From Balanoglossus misakiensis (Eukaryota > Animalia > Hemichordata): 64,000 bases of DNA. This document shows, one piece after another, positions 62,468-64,000 of this stretch (positions within the stretch are counted from its first letter, which is position 1; every line of letters starts with the position of its first letter). The notes under the pieces are model-generated. The model did no database searches. It was not told where the DNA came from and worked only from the letters and a program-made list of their open reading frames with translations. Location of the stretch: the NCBI GenBank assembly GCA_040954595.2, contig CM082593.2, positions 3,613,434-3,677,433 of the forward strand, in the 5' to 3' direction. A program made the translations under genes and the position numbers.

Positions 62468-64000
62468 TGATATCCGACTGCAGTCTGCAACTAACGGCTA
62501 TGCCCAATGTACGTGCTTTTCAAACAAATTATTCGCCAACATCAACGGACGAGACCGCGCTCAACCCTCGGCTATATTACTGCAGGACTATCTAGTTCGA
62601 TCATCTTCGTTTCACTGACCATGCACGACACAGCCACGAGACACGATATACGCATACATGTATCTGGATGTGTTAGCAATCGTGTTACGGCAAAATGATG
62701 CCCTCACAATCAACCGATAACTCGTTCAAGTATTATGACATCATCCGAGACAAATGGAAATTCTGTTTGACAGCTGAAGCGGATCATCTTGAAATTAAAT
62801 ATACGAGTCAGTGTGAAAGAAAAAGACGGCAGATAACACGAGTGCTAAACAGGATTTCGTTCTGTGGGACTTGGATAAAGGAAAACCCCATCCCAATGGA
62901 GATCGTGTCACTTGAAATCCCAATATCGTCCATCGGTCTTCACGCGGCCATGAAACATATAAGCGCTTACCTCGTGTAGTCACAGTCACATGGCCGGAAT
63001 ATACAACTTACACACAGACAATACACTTGGGTTTCGACTAGTTCTATCTAGTTCTGTTACTTTACTTACCGCGTCTTTTACAGCAAAATAAAGTTGTCTG
63101 CGCTCCGCATCAAAATGAAGCCCTTGTGCACTGAGCAGCGTGACCGTCCTTTACGAAAATGCCCGGATGGTAGACGGTTATTACCATGTCCAGGTAGTCC
63201 AGGTGACTCGAACCAATCAGCAACGAGATTGCTTATTTGTTTGAAGCTTTTTGAAAACGATTGCTCTAACCTGTCTCAAGTCAAGTGGCCTGTATCAAAA
63301 GTGATGTTACACAAAGCTGATGAAATTTCTGATTGTGTTTGTTTGTCGTTTTTGTCAGTTTCTTCGACCGTGGATTTGTGGGGGAGAAAGAAACTGACCA
63401 GTCCCTAAACACTCAAATGAATTCTTTCAGAGTAGCCATACTTACACGACGTTCAAAGATACAGTAAATTACTTGTAAACTCAACACGTTCAACAACGTA
63501 ATACACAGAACCGATATTTTACATATTTCCATTTGCCAAATTGCTTTTCTGTGTCCGTACCTTGTCAACAAAACCCTACGATGCTTTTACCAAGCCCTTT
63601 ATTCATACTATCCATTTTATCCGAGTGTGTACATATACATGAATTTTTCTTTTTTTACTAATCATCCGATTTGAAACGAAAGAATCCCTTAGCGGGCTGC
63701 ATCGGCACTTTCGCCTACTCAGTTTACCATCACAATTTCCCTCTAACCATTACCTTAATTTGTTTTGACCCCCATGCCTAGAAACACCGACTCCTCTTGT
63801 CTTCGGCTACATCCCAAATTACCCTTAACCTTCAATGAACCCAGTGTGATTACTAGGGTTCAGTTGGTCTACCTTCCCCTTCAGTATTTTCTATGCTTTT
63901 ATCCGCCGCTGTGACTGTGCCCTCGTTAAGGTAGGAAAGATAGTATGCGCCACGAAAATCACAGTCTTGAACTTTCAGTCATATTTTGCTGAAGCCAATT

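Overview
AT-rich, intron-containing animal genomic DNA, probably a marine invertebrate (the vertebrate-like PCDH15 hints at a deuterostome, but that is inference). Manual splicing gives seven genes: (1) first coding exon of a stearoyl-CoA/delta-9 desaturase (-); (2) a 6-exon secreted Cu/Zn SOD (+); (3) an intronless GT32/DxD glycosyltransferase (+); (4) a 545-aa caspase-8-like protease (-) whose death-fold prodomain is replaced by 8 leucine-rich repeats and whose active site reads QACQN; (5) an 8-exon GRHPR (+) head-to-head with the caspase, with a uORF and two in-frame starts; (6) a ~32-kb PCDH15/Cad99C orthologue (-) with 11 EC repeats, MAD12, TM, a microexon-built tail, a furin-type site and a PDZ ligand -STAL; (7) a 10-exon STPG2 (+) head-to-head with PCDH15. 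There are also several MITE-like repeats and many RFX X-box-like palindromes. The best candidate for a novel system is the LRR-caspase sensor-effector fusion. Exon boundaries were read by eye from GT/AG signals and frame continuity; no database searches were run.
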